DNA of 19,543 nt from a candidate division WOR-3 bacterium (GCA_039801885.1 JBDRVN010000036.1:1-19543), one strand, 5' to 3'. Positions 8,791 through 16,773 are shown, counted from the first letter of the stretch. Notes: generated from the sequence alone by a model not told the origin. A program made the numbers and translations.

Positions 8791-9656
8791 ATCTCCTTAT
8801 TATATTTTTCTTAATTTTTCAAATTGATAGTCTAAAATTAAAAAAGGAATCTTACGAAATTGGTGAAGAGGTAATTAAAGGAGAAAAGAAGATAACCATT
8901 AATGAAATGAAAATTTTAAGAATACCTCAAATTGATCCCTTTAATCTTTTGATTGAAAAATTCTCTCTGAAAGATATTGAACTTAATAAAGAAATAATAA
9001 AATTTACCGATTCAATCTTTCTCTCTTATTCCCTTTTAAGTTTTCCTTATCTTCGGTTACCGTTAAAAGAAAAGACTTTAAAAGAGAATTTAATAATCTT
9101 TTTGCCGGAATTTGAAAAGGGGGTTAAAAATTGGGAACTGGTAATTTATTCCCAAAAGGGTGAAATTATTAAGAAAATAAATAATAAAGGAGAGGTTCCC
9201 AAAGCAATTTATTGGGATTTGAAAAAAGAAGATGGCAATTATTTGAATGTTGATGAAATTTATTACGCAATTTTTACTGCCTATGATTTTTTAGGTAATG
9301 AGACAAAAATTTTAACTCCTCCCTTCTCTTTTGATGGGTTAATTTATCAAGAAAAAGATAAAAAAGTTATTATAATAAATCCGGAAAGAATTTTTAAATT
9401 GGAAACAGCAGAAATTGAAGAAAAGGGTAAAGAGATAATTGAAGAGATTTGTAATATTATTAAGCAGGATTTACCAAAGGAAATAATAATAAATTTCTTT
9501 ACCAAGAAAGAGAATTATTTATTAGAGCAAGCGAAAATTTTCGAAGAAGAGATAAAAAAGAAAGTAGCTTTAAATAAAAATCTTAAGATCTATCCTTCTT
9601 TTCAAAAAGAACTTTTTAATAGAATAAACAAGATTGAAATTATTCTTTTTAAATAA
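8787..9656 (+). CDS. Exported protein with FlgD-Ig-like domain and degenerate OmpA/MotB-like C-terminal domain
   Basis: Hydrophobic N-terminus; WELVIY..KGEIIK.....VPKAIYWD; C-terminus IF..ETAEI...GKEII..IC....IIINF...NKIEIIL follows the OmpA_C pattern. Confidence 0.55.
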   Translation: MNLLIIFFLIFQIDSLKLKKESYEIGEEVIKGEKKITINEMKILRIPQIDPFNLLIEKFSLKDIELNKEIIKFTDSIFLSYSLLSFPYLRLPLKEKTLKENLIIFLPEFEKGVKNWELVIYSQKGEIIKKINNKGEVPKAIYWDLKKEDGNYLNVDEIYYAIFTAYDFLGNETKILTPPFSFDGLIYQEKDKKVIIINPERIFKLETAEIEEKGKEIIEEICNIIKQDLPKEIIINFFTKKENYLLEQAKIFEEEIKKKVALNKNLKIYPSFQKELFNRINKIEIILFK

Positions 9657-9659
9657 TTT

Positions 9660-10697
9660 TTATTTAGGTGTTAAATGGTAATAGGTAAATCCCTTTTCTT
9701 TATGCCAAACTTCTGGGTCTTTTAAGTATTTTTCTATCTCTTTCTCCTCTTCATCAGTAATAAAAGTTATCTCTTTAGGAATATTTTTAGAAAAGAGGGC
9801 GGATAAACTGGTTAATGAGAAAAGTTTGACACCAATTTTCTTTAATTCTTCTTCACCACCTTGTTCCCTATCTAATAAAACAAAACAACTATCACAAATT
9901 CCACCGGCTTCTCGGATAAAATTTATAATTCTTATTTTTGTCCATCCTTTCACAATTGTATCATCAACGAGTAATACTCTTTTTTTATAAAGTTCGGGTA
10001 ATTTTATCCCTTCTAAAATTGGTGCCTCCGGATATCTCTTCTCTCTGCGGGCAAAAAACATTGGTTTGGAAAGATACTGGGCAATCAAAGATGCCAAAGC
10101 GATACTTCCAGCTTCAATACCACAGATAAAATCAAATTGGAGTGTTGATAAGATAAGAGCTGAGGCACTAATTATAAAATTACCGATTGCCGGATAATTT
10201 GGTAATCCCTTTAAATCAATATATATTGGACTGCGATTTTTTCTTTCATCTACTTTAAAATAAGGTCTTAAATCACCCATACTTACTTTTATCGCACCAA
10301 TCTGCCATAAGAGGGAAGCAATAATTTCCGAAAGATTACCTTTTATTTTGTTGAGCACTTCGTAAAGATTGGGTAAAATAATCCTTTGTTCTCTTAATAA
10401 CCGAAATAGCCTTTCTGCCTCTTCTTGCTTCTTGCTAACAAAAGCAATCCTTGTTTCAGTAATATCAAAGACAAAATGGAGTTCGTAATTTTTATTTAAA
10501 TTATAAGAAACACAATTGGCATCTTTCTTAGTTTCTTTAAGAAACAATTCTTTGCCAATAATCTTCTTACAAATATTTTCACTAAAATCCTTTGCCAAAC
10601 TTTCTATCTCTTTCAATTCCAAAAGTCGGGGAGTAGAAAAGTTTAGTAAATTTTCTTTTAATCTTAAATCTTTAATTGCCAATTTACTTATTTCCAT
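9660..10697 (-). CDS. Orotate phosphoribosyltransferase-like type I PRTase with N-terminal extension
   Basis: SPIYIDL, ICGIEAG, VLLVDD..KG.T, LLDREQGG, DP..W motifs; ATG at 10697 has GGAG upstream and overlaps the coaE end. Confidence 0.75.
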   Translation of the reverse strand: MEISKLAIKDLRLKENLLNFSTPRLLELKEIESLAKDFSENICKKIIGKELFLKETKKDANCVSYNLNKNYELHFVFDITETRIAFVSKKQEEAERLFRLLREQRIILPNLYEVLNKIKGNLSEIIASLLWQIGAIKVSMGDLRPYFKVDERKNRSPIYIDLKGLPNYPAIGNFIISASALILSTLQFDFICGIEAGSIALASLIAQYLSKPMFFARREKRYPEAPILEGIKLPELYKKRVLLVDDTIVKGWTKIRIINFIREAGGICDSCFVLLDREQGGEEELKKIGVKLFSLTSLSALFSKNIPKEITFITDEEEKEIEKYLKDPEVWHKEKGFTYYHLTPK

Positions 10698-11260
10698 ATT
10701 TTCTCCCAAATTTTAATTACCTTCTCTTTTAATCTCTTTTCATCTTTATTATTATAAATCACGAAATCTGCCAATTTTTTTGATTTTCTTTCGGACATTT
10801 GAAATTTTAACCTTTGTAAAATATCTTCTTTTTTAAATCCCTTTTTAATCATTCTGGAAATCTTTAAAGATCTTGGTGCTGCTACCAAGATATTATAATC
10901 CATTTTTTTATATAAACCCGTCTCAAATAATAATGGTGCATCAACAATTAAAAATTCGCCATTCCTTTTTTTTATCTCTTTATCGATTGTTTTCAAAATT
11001 TCTGGCATTATTAAAGAATAATATTTTTTATAATTATTTTTATTATTGAAAACCAAATTTGCCAATTTATTTTTTAAAACTTTGTTTTTTTTAATTATCT
11101 CAGGAAAAAGATTTTTTATTTTCTTGATTATTTTGTCTTTTTTTAATAAGTTATGGGTAATTTCATCGGCATCGATTATCCTTCCACCAAAATTAGCCAA
11201 AATTTTGGCAACTGTTGATTTGCCGCTACCAAGATTTCCACCAACACCAATTTTTAACAT
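10688..11260 (-). CDS. coaE: Dephospho-CoA kinase
   Basis: IGVGGNLGSGKSTV, IDADEI.H, DAPLLFE, R...Q......ADFVIYN. Confidence 0.93.
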   Translation of the reverse strand: MLKIGVGGNLGSGKSTVAKILANFGGRIIDADEITHNLLKKDKIIKKIKNLFPEIIKKNKVLKNKLANLVFNNKNNYKKYYSLIMPEILKTIDKEIKKRNGEFLIVDAPLLFETGLYKKMDYNILVAAPRSLKISRMIKKGFKKEDILQRLKFQMSERKSKKLADFVIYNNKDEKRLKEKVIKIWEKIWK

Positions 11261-11266
11261 AGAAAA

Positions 11267-12049
11267 TTAAAGGACCTTTGCTTCTTCCCGAAGGAGACGG
11301 ATAAGTTCCTTAACCACTTCCTGCACTTCTCCTTCTAAGATTTTTCCTGCTTTTCTTGGAGGCGGTAAAAACATTTTGTTAATTTGGAAATTAAATTTTG
11401 GTAAGGAAGGAATATCCTTTTCTATTTCTATTGTGGGTATTGGCTTCTTACTCGCTTGCATCATCAATCTTAAACTGGGATATCTTGGTTCATTTAAACC
11501 TTTTTGACAAGTAATTAGACAGGGCAGTAAAGCTTCTGAAATTTCTGTTCCGTTTTCCAATTCCGATGAGACTTTAATTTTTTTATCTTCGTTATCCAGT
11601 TCAATTTTTATCGCCGTAGTTATAAAAGGAATTTTCAATAAGGTTGCTAAACTAATCGGGAAAACTCCTTGGTCATAATCAATCCCTTTTATTCCACAAA
11701 GAATTAAATCAAAAGAAAGATTTTGTTTTACAATAAATTGGTAGGTTAAATAAGCAGAGGTTTGTGATTCTAAAACTCGCTCATTGGTTTTTATATGAAA
11801 GACCTCATCCACTCCCATTGCCAAAGCAGTTTTTAAGGTAGTCTTTACTCTCTCTTCGCCAACGGAAATTACCTTTACTTTTCCTCCGTATTTTTCTTTT
11901 ATTCTTAATGCTTCTTCTAAGGCATATTCATCATAGGGATTTATTACCCATTCAATCTCTTTTAAATCTACTAAGGAAGTTTGGGAATCAATTTTAAATC
12001 TTGTCTCTGTTGAAGGAACCTGTTTTACACAAACAATTATATTAAACAT
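11267..12049 (-). CDS. etfB: Electron transfer flavoprotein beta subunit
   Basis: IIVCVKQVP, INPYDEYALEEAL, ALAMGVD, NEPRYPSL; ATG at 12049 with GGAGGA Shine-Dalgarno. Confidence 0.93.
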   Translation of the reverse strand: MFNIIVCVKQVPSTETRFKIDSQTSLVDLKEIEWVINPYDEYALEEALRIKEKYGGKVKVISVGEERVKTTLKTALAMGVDEVFHIKTNERVLESQTSAYLTYQFIVKQNLSFDLILCGIKGIDYDQGVFPISLATLLKIPFITTAIKIELDNEDKKIKVSSELENGTEISEALLPCLITCQKGLNEPRYPSLRLMMQASKKPIPTIEIEKDIPSLPKFNFQINKMFLPPPRKAGKILEGEVQEVVKELIRLLREEAKVL

Positions 12050-12050
12050 C

Positions 12051-13295
12051 TTATCCTCCAACAAATTTTTTCACTATCAAACAGGCATTATGACCACCAA
12101 ACCCAAAAGAGTTATTCATCGCGCCAAAGATTTCTTTTTCTCTCATTTGGAATCTAACAAAATCTAAATCCATACCTTCGTCCGGATTATCTAAATTAAT
12201 TGTCGGATGAACTTTGTTATGAAAAACTGAAAGGCAGGTAACGACAAATTCAATTGCTCCCGCTCCACCGAGCAAATGACCAACCATTGATTTTGTGGAA
12301 TTCACTAATAGTTTATAAGAATGTTCTTTAAAAAGTTTTTTTATTGCCATCACTTCTATTTTGTCGTTTAGTTTAGTAGAAGTGCCGTGGGCATTAACAT
12401 AATCAATATCATGGGGTGAAAGATTTGCTTCTTTTAAAGCATTAGCCATTGCTAAATAAGCACCTTCGCCTGTTTCATCGGGCGCAGTAATGTGAAAGGC
12501 ATCGGCTGATGCACCGTAGCCACAAATTTCACAATAGATTTTTGCATTCCTTTTTAAAGCACTGCTCAATTCTTCTAATATTACCACACCACAACCTTCG
12601 CCAAGAACAAATCCGTTTCTATCTTTATCAAAAGGTCTTGATGCCTTTTCCGGTTCGTCATTTCTTTTAGATAATGCTCCCATATTGGCAAAACTACTTA
12701 TACAATAACCAGTGATTGGTGCTTCACTGCCACCAGTAACTATCAAGTCAGCATCACCTGATTTTATTAACCGAAAGGCTTCCCCAATTGCATGGGCACC
12801 ACTGGCACAAGCCGAAGTAATACAGAAATTAGGTCCTTTAAAACCAAAATAGATAGATACCTGTCCACTTGCCATATCTGGAATCATCATTGGCACGAGT
12901 AATGGTGAAACCTTTTTGGGACCACCTTGCAAAAATTTAATATGCTCAATTTCCCAAGTTTCAATTCCACCCATTCCGGAACCGATAATTACACCTGTCC
13001 GATTTTTATCAATTTTATTTAAATCTATTCCAGCATCCTCCACTGCTGATAAGGAAGCCCATAAAGCATACTGAGTAAAACGGTCGGTTCTTCTTTGTAG
13101 TTTAATATCAAACCGGTCAGTAAAAGGAAAGTTTTTTATTTCACCAGCAAATTGAACCTCTAAATTAGCAGGGTCAAAACGAGTTATCCGACTGACGCCA
13201 CTTTTTCCTTGTAATAAGTTCTCAAAAAATTCTTTAATTGATAATCCTAAAGAAGAAACGACTCCTAAACCAGTAACAACAACCCTTCTTGTCAC
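12051..13295 (-). CDS. fabF: 3-oxoacyl-ACP synthase II
   Basis: RRVVVTGLG, TSACASG (catalytic Cys), NAHGTST, STKSMVGHLLG, NSFGFGGHN; GTG start. Confidence 0.96.
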   Translation of the reverse strand: MTRRVVVTGLGVVSSLGLSIKEFFENLLQGKSGVSRITRFDPANLEVQFAGEIKNFPFTDRFDIKLQRRTDRFTQYALWASLSAVEDAGIDLNKIDKNRTGVIIGSGMGGIETWEIEHIKFLQGGPKKVSPLLVPMMIPDMASGQVSIYFGFKGPNFCITSACASGAHAIGEAFRLIKSGDADLIVTGGSEAPITGYCISSFANMGALSKRNDEPEKASRPFDKDRNGFVLGEGCGVVILEELSSALKRNAKIYCEICGYGASADAFHITAPDETGEGAYLAMANALKEANLSPHDIDYVNAHGTSTKLNDKIEVMAIKKLFKEHSYKLLVNSTKSMVGHLLGGAGAIEFVVTCLSVFHNKVHPTINLDNPDEGMDLDFVRFQMREKEIFGAMNNSFGFGGHNACLIVKKFVGG

Positions 13296-13298
13296 TGA

Positions 13299-13541
13299 TT
13301 ATTCCTTTCCTAATTTTTCTTTTAAATAACCTACTAATTTACCAACCGTATCAAGTTTTTGAGCATCTTCATCGGGAATATCTATTCCGTATTTCTCATT
13401 CACTTCCATTAACAAAGTAGTAATATCTAAAGAATCAGCACCTAAATCATTTATAAAATGGGCATCCTCGGTTATCTTTTCCGGTGTTACGTGTAGTTTT
13501 TCAACAATCATGTTTTTCACTTCTTCAAACAAGTTTGCCAT
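13299..13541 (-). CDS. acpP: Acyl carrier protein
   Basis: DLGADSLD phosphopantetheine site, IPDEDA; 80 aa acidic protein; GGAGG Shine-Dalgarno. Confidence 0.97.
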   Translation of the reverse strand: MANLFEEVKNMIVEKLHVTPEKITEDAHFINDLGADSLDITTLLMEVNEKYGIDIPDEDAQKLDTVGKLVGYLKEKLGKE

Positions 13542-13582
13542 CTTTCCTCCTTTTTAAATTTAAACTAATTTAATTTTATAAA

Positions 13583-13610
13583 ATTTCTGCTAAAAGTCAA
13601 TTATCCAAAA
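13583..13610 (-). promoter_or_regulatory. Putative sigma70 promoter of the acpP-fabF operon
   Basis: Minus strand TTGACT-N16-TAAAAT, about 40 nt upstream of acpP. Confidence 0.65.
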
Positions 13611-13617
13611 AGGGAAT

Positions 13618-14043
13618 TTATCTCAAAATCAATATCTTTTTTATACCTTTCTCGGCTTTTTTGAAATAAATACCCTTTTTCAGCCTCTTTTTATTAACAA
13701 GTTTACCGGTTATGTTATAGATTTTCTCAATTTTTGGGGTGACTAATTTTTCTATCTTTGTTGTTTTATCTTCCCTAATGCCGGGTGTTTGGACATATTT
13801 AATTGTTGCATAATCGCGAAATCTACCAACACTGTAACCGGTAACATAAACATTACCATTATTGTCAATAGCAATCGCATGGGCTTCGTCATCATTACTT
13901 ATCGGACCGTTATACCTTCTTACCCAGGCAGTGTCTACTTGGGAGAACAAGAGAGCGGGGATAAGAAAAGGAGAAACAAAAAAGAGAAAGAAGAAATTTA
14001 ATTTTTTAACCTTTCTATTAGCCTCCCTTTTTATTTTTTCCAT
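13618..14043 (-). CDS. Small exported protein with a single SBBP beta-propeller repeat and minimal T9SS-like C-terminal domain; possibly an internally deleted remnant
   Basis: Signal peptide ending [33 protein letters not shown]...DYATIKY; C-terminus [10 protein letters not shown]...LKKGIYF......KKILILR. Confidence 0.65.
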   Translation of the reverse strand: MEKIKREANRKVKKLNFFFLFFVSPFLIPALLFSQVDTAWVRRYNGPISNDDEAHAIAIDNNGNVYVTGYSVGRFRDYATIKYVQTPGIREDKTTKIEKLVTPKIEKIYNITGKLVNKKRLKKGIYFKKAEKGIKKILILR

Positions 14044-14049
14044 ACCCTA

Positions 14050-14078
14050 ATTTTAATTATCCTATCAATTATTTTCAA
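14050..14078 (-). promoter_or_regulatory. Putative sigma70 promoter giving a leaderless mRNA for the SBBP mini-gene
   Basis: Minus strand TTGAAA-N17-TAAAAT-N6-ATG(14043); no clear Shine-Dalgarno. Confidence 0.45.
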
Positions 14079-14108
14079 TATTAGATATACAAAACTCGTT
14101 TAATTTAA

Positions 14109-14136
14109 TTGACTTTTAAATATTTCTTTATAAAAT
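14109..14136 (+). promoter_or_regulatory. Putative sigma70 promoter of the ftsEX operon, leaderless configuration
   Basis: TTGACT-N16-TAAAAT-N6-ATG(14143); no Shine-Dalgarno. Confidence 0.65.
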
Positions 14137-14142
14137 AAATAG

Positions 14143-14799
14143 ATGATTGAATTTGATAATGTCTCAAAGACTTATCAGAATAAATGGACGGCTTTGAGTA
14201 GTGTTTCTTTTAAGGTTGAACGCGGAGAATTCATTTTTATCACCGGTCCAACCGGTGCCGGTAAAACAACAATCCTGAAACTTATCTATGCCGAAGAATT
14301 GCCTACTATTGGTAAAGTAATTGTCAATAATAAAAATGTCGCATCTCTTAAAAAGAAGGAAATTCCCTTCTATCGTCGTAATATTGGTATTATCTTTCAA
14401 GATTTTAAATTGCTATCTGATCGAACAGTTTATGAAAATTTAGAATTTGTTTTGAAGGCGATTGATATGAAAGGAGATGAAATAAGAGAAAAGATTGTGC
14501 GCACCTTAACTCGGTTAGGCTTGGTCCATAAAAAGGATTGCTATCCTTATCAATTATCCGGTGGTGAACAACAGAAGGTAGCGATTGCCCGAGCCTTGGT
14601 AAAGGATCCGGAAATAATTTTGGCTGATGAACCAACCGGTAATATTGATGAGGAAGCCAGTAAAGAGGTTATTAACATTTTTAAAGAGATAAATTTGATG
14701 GGAACAACGGTGATTATGGCAACCCATCACTCGGAACTTCCCCAAATATTAAAGAAAAGGAGATTACACATTGTCTCTGGGAAAATTGCTTATGGTTAA
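14143..14799 (+). CDS. ftsE: Cell division ATP-binding protein FtsE
   Basis: [46 protein letters not shown]; upstream of ftsX and envC. Confidence 0.95.
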   Translation: MIEFDNVSKTYQNKWTALSSVSFKVERGEFIFITGPTGAGKTTILKLIYAEELPTIGKVIVNNKNVASLKKKEIPFYRRNIGIIFQDFKLLSDRTVYENLEFVLKAIDMKGDEIREKIVRTLTRLGLVHKKDCYPYQLSGGEQQKVAIARALVKDPEIILADEPTGNIDEEASKEVINIFKEINLMGTTVIMATHHSELPQILKKRRLHIVSGKIAYG

Positions 14800-15637
14800 T
14801 TTTATCTTTAAAGAAAGTTTGCGAGGAATTAGGAAAAAACCACTCCCCTTTTTCTTATCAACCTTTGCTTTTGGTCTCTGTCTTTTAATTATCTTAATCT
14901 TTTTCCTTTTAACTTATAATCTCTTTCTTTCCTTAAAGATTGCTTATGATAAAATTGAAATCTATGCCTTTTTAGATGAGAAGGTTTCTTTTCCAGAGAT
15001 AAAAGATAAAATTAGTCTGATTGATGGTGTAGAAGAAGTAAGATATATCTCTAAGGATGAGGCTTTAAAAATTTTGAAAGAGGAATTAAAAGAAGAAGCC
15101 AGTTTTTTAGAAAATCTTGAGCGCAATCCCTTGCCACCATCATTAAGAATAAGAATTTCCCAAAAGGCTAAGCAGGTAGCGGAGATAAAAAGGATTGAAG
15201 ACAAGTTAAGACTAATTCCCGGAATAAAGGATGTTTGGGCTGGTGAAGAGTTGATTAGTAAATTGGTGAAGGTATTAAATAATATTATTTATATCGATAT
15301 CGGAATTTTGATTGTCGTTTCAATCTCCGTCATTTTTATCATTTTCCAGAATATTGAACAAAGTCTCTTCAACCGGCAAAGGGAGATTGAGATTATGCAA
15401 TTGGTTGGTGCCAAGAATTATTTTATTAAGGCACCTTTTTATTTAGAAGGAATTTTGGAAGGGGTTTTGGGTGGACTTTTTTCTTTTGTTCTTTTATTTT
15501 TTATTTATCGGATAATGAGTTTAAGTGTTATGGCGTTAAGTTTTCCAACAATTCTTTTATTGATTTTTGCTATTCTTATCGGTGCCTTTCTTGGTGGTAT
15601 TGGCTCAAGTCTTGCTTTAAACCGAATATTAAAATGA
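14792..15637 (+). CDS. ftsX: Cell division permease FtsX
   Basis: YISKDEAL, NPLPPS, R.REIEIMQLVGA...FI..PF.LEG; four transmembrane segments; ATG at 14792 overlaps the ftsE end. Confidence 0.94.
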   Translation: MVNFIFKESLRGIRKKPLPFFLSTFAFGLCLLIILIFFLLTYNLFLSLKIAYDKIEIYAFLDEKVSFPEIKDKISLIDGVEEVRYISKDEALKILKEELKEEASFLENLERNPLPPSLRIRISQKAKQVAEIKRIEDKLRLIPGIKDVWAGEELISKLVKVLNNIIYIDIGILIVVSISVIFIIFQNIEQSLFNRQREIEIMQLVGAKNYFIKAPFYLEGILEGVLGGLFSFVLLFFIYRIMSLSVMALSFPTILLLIFAILIGAFLGGIGSSLALNRILK

Positions 15638-16773
15638 AAAAGATTTCTATATTTCTTTTCCTTTTTTTAATTTTTTTAATTGGTCTTACTCAAGAAGGAG
15701 TTACTTCCGAAGAGATTGATAAGAACAAAAAAGAACTCTCGGAAATCAGAGAAAAATTGAAGAAGGTAGAAGAAAGGTTGGAAGATCTAAAAAAGGAAGA
15801 GAAGGGAATTTTAAAAATGATTGAAGCCATTGAAGAGAAGACCGATTTAACAAAAAGATTAATTAAACAATTAAATCAAACAATAAAAAATTATGAGAAT
15901 CTGATTAACAATTTAGAAAGGGATATAAAAAATACCGAAGAAAAAATTAGTGAGAAGGAGAAGGATATTGATAAACTGGTTATCCTTTTATATAAAATTA
16001 AAACCCGTTTACCTTTGGAGCTCTATTTCTCTAATCGCTCTTTGCCTGAGGTCTATTCTAAATTAGTAAATCTTAATTACATTGCTCGCGAAAATCAAAA
16101 CCAGATTTACGAACTATCCAATTTAAAAAGGAAATTGGAAAAGGATAAAAGGGATTTATTTAATGCTTACGAAGAGGTGAAAAACTTAAAAGAGCAGAAG
16201 GAAGCAGAAGAAAAAAGGTTGAAAGAAAGAAGAGAAGAACAGAGAAAAATTTTGGGGAAAATTCAGAGCGAAAAAAGTCAGCAAGAAAAATTACAACAAG
16301 AATTAAAAGAGGCGGAAAAGAGATTGGCAGATTTAATTGCCGAACTGGAAAGAAAAAGAGTAAAAAGAAAATTGCCTCCCGGTGCCCATTATTTAGAAAA
16401 AGAGAAGAATAATCTTCCCTGGCCATTAAAAGGTAAAATCATTAGTTATTTTGGCGGTCTTTCCCATCCGAAATATCAAACCAAGATAAAGAATCAAGGG
16501 ATAGATATTGAAACAGAATTTGGCACCAAGGTGATCGCAATCGCACCCGGTCGGGTAGTTTATGCCGACCGATTTCGGGGTTATGGCAATATGGTTATTA
16601 TTGACCATCAGGAAGGTTATTATACTGTCTATTCTAATCTTTCCGAGATTGCTGTGCGTGCCAATCAGGAAGTAAAACAAAATGAGGTTATTGGTCTCTC
16701 AGCCGAATATCTCCATTTTGAATTAAGAAAAGAAGGACAACCGGTTAATCCCTTAGAATGGTTAAGCCGCTAA
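15634..16773 (+). CDS. envC: EnvC-like murein hydrolase activator (coiled coil plus M23 domain)
   Basis: Signal peptide, long coiled coil, LPWPLKG, NQGIDI, GYGNMVIIDH, LHFELR; M23 Zn ligands partly degenerate (NQGID, YSNL) as in EnvC. Confidence 0.88.
   Translation: MKKISIFLFLFLIFLIGLTQEGVTSEEIDKNKKELSEIREKLKKVEERLEDLKKEEKGILKMIEAIEEKTDLTKRLIKQLNQTIKNYENLINNLERDIKNTEEKISEKEKDIDKLVILLYKIKTRLPLELYFSNRSLPEVYSKLVNLNYIARENQNQIYELSNLKRKLEKDKRDLFNAYEEVKNLKEQKEAEEKRLKERREEQRKILGKIQSEKSQQEKLQQELKEAEKRLADLIAELERKRVKRKLPPGAHYLEKEKNNLPWPLKGKIISYFGGLSHPKYQTKIKNQGIDIETEFGTKVIAIAPGRVVYADRFRGYGNMVIIDHQEGYYTVYSNLSEIAVRANQEVKQNEVIGLSAEYLHFELRKEGQPVNPLEWLSR

Noticed and set aside
6454-9656. Interpretation as a flagellar stator (MotA/MotB, FlgD) or a canonical Tol-Pal locus
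   Set aside because: The ExbB-like protein has three TMs and partners with ExbD/TonB_C; no flagellar genes, no TolB propeller and no Pal lipoprotein are present
7861-14791. Upstream TTG-type starts given by the track for tonB (7861), the PRTase (10709), etfB (12064) and ftsX (14771)
   Set aside because: Downstream ATGs (7924, 10697, 12049, 14792) fit Shine-Dalgarno position, gene overlap and family N-termini better
15700-16370. GAA/AAA-rich quasi-repetitive DNA
   Set aside because: Explained by the Glu/Lys-rich coiled coil of EnvC; not a DNA repeat or array
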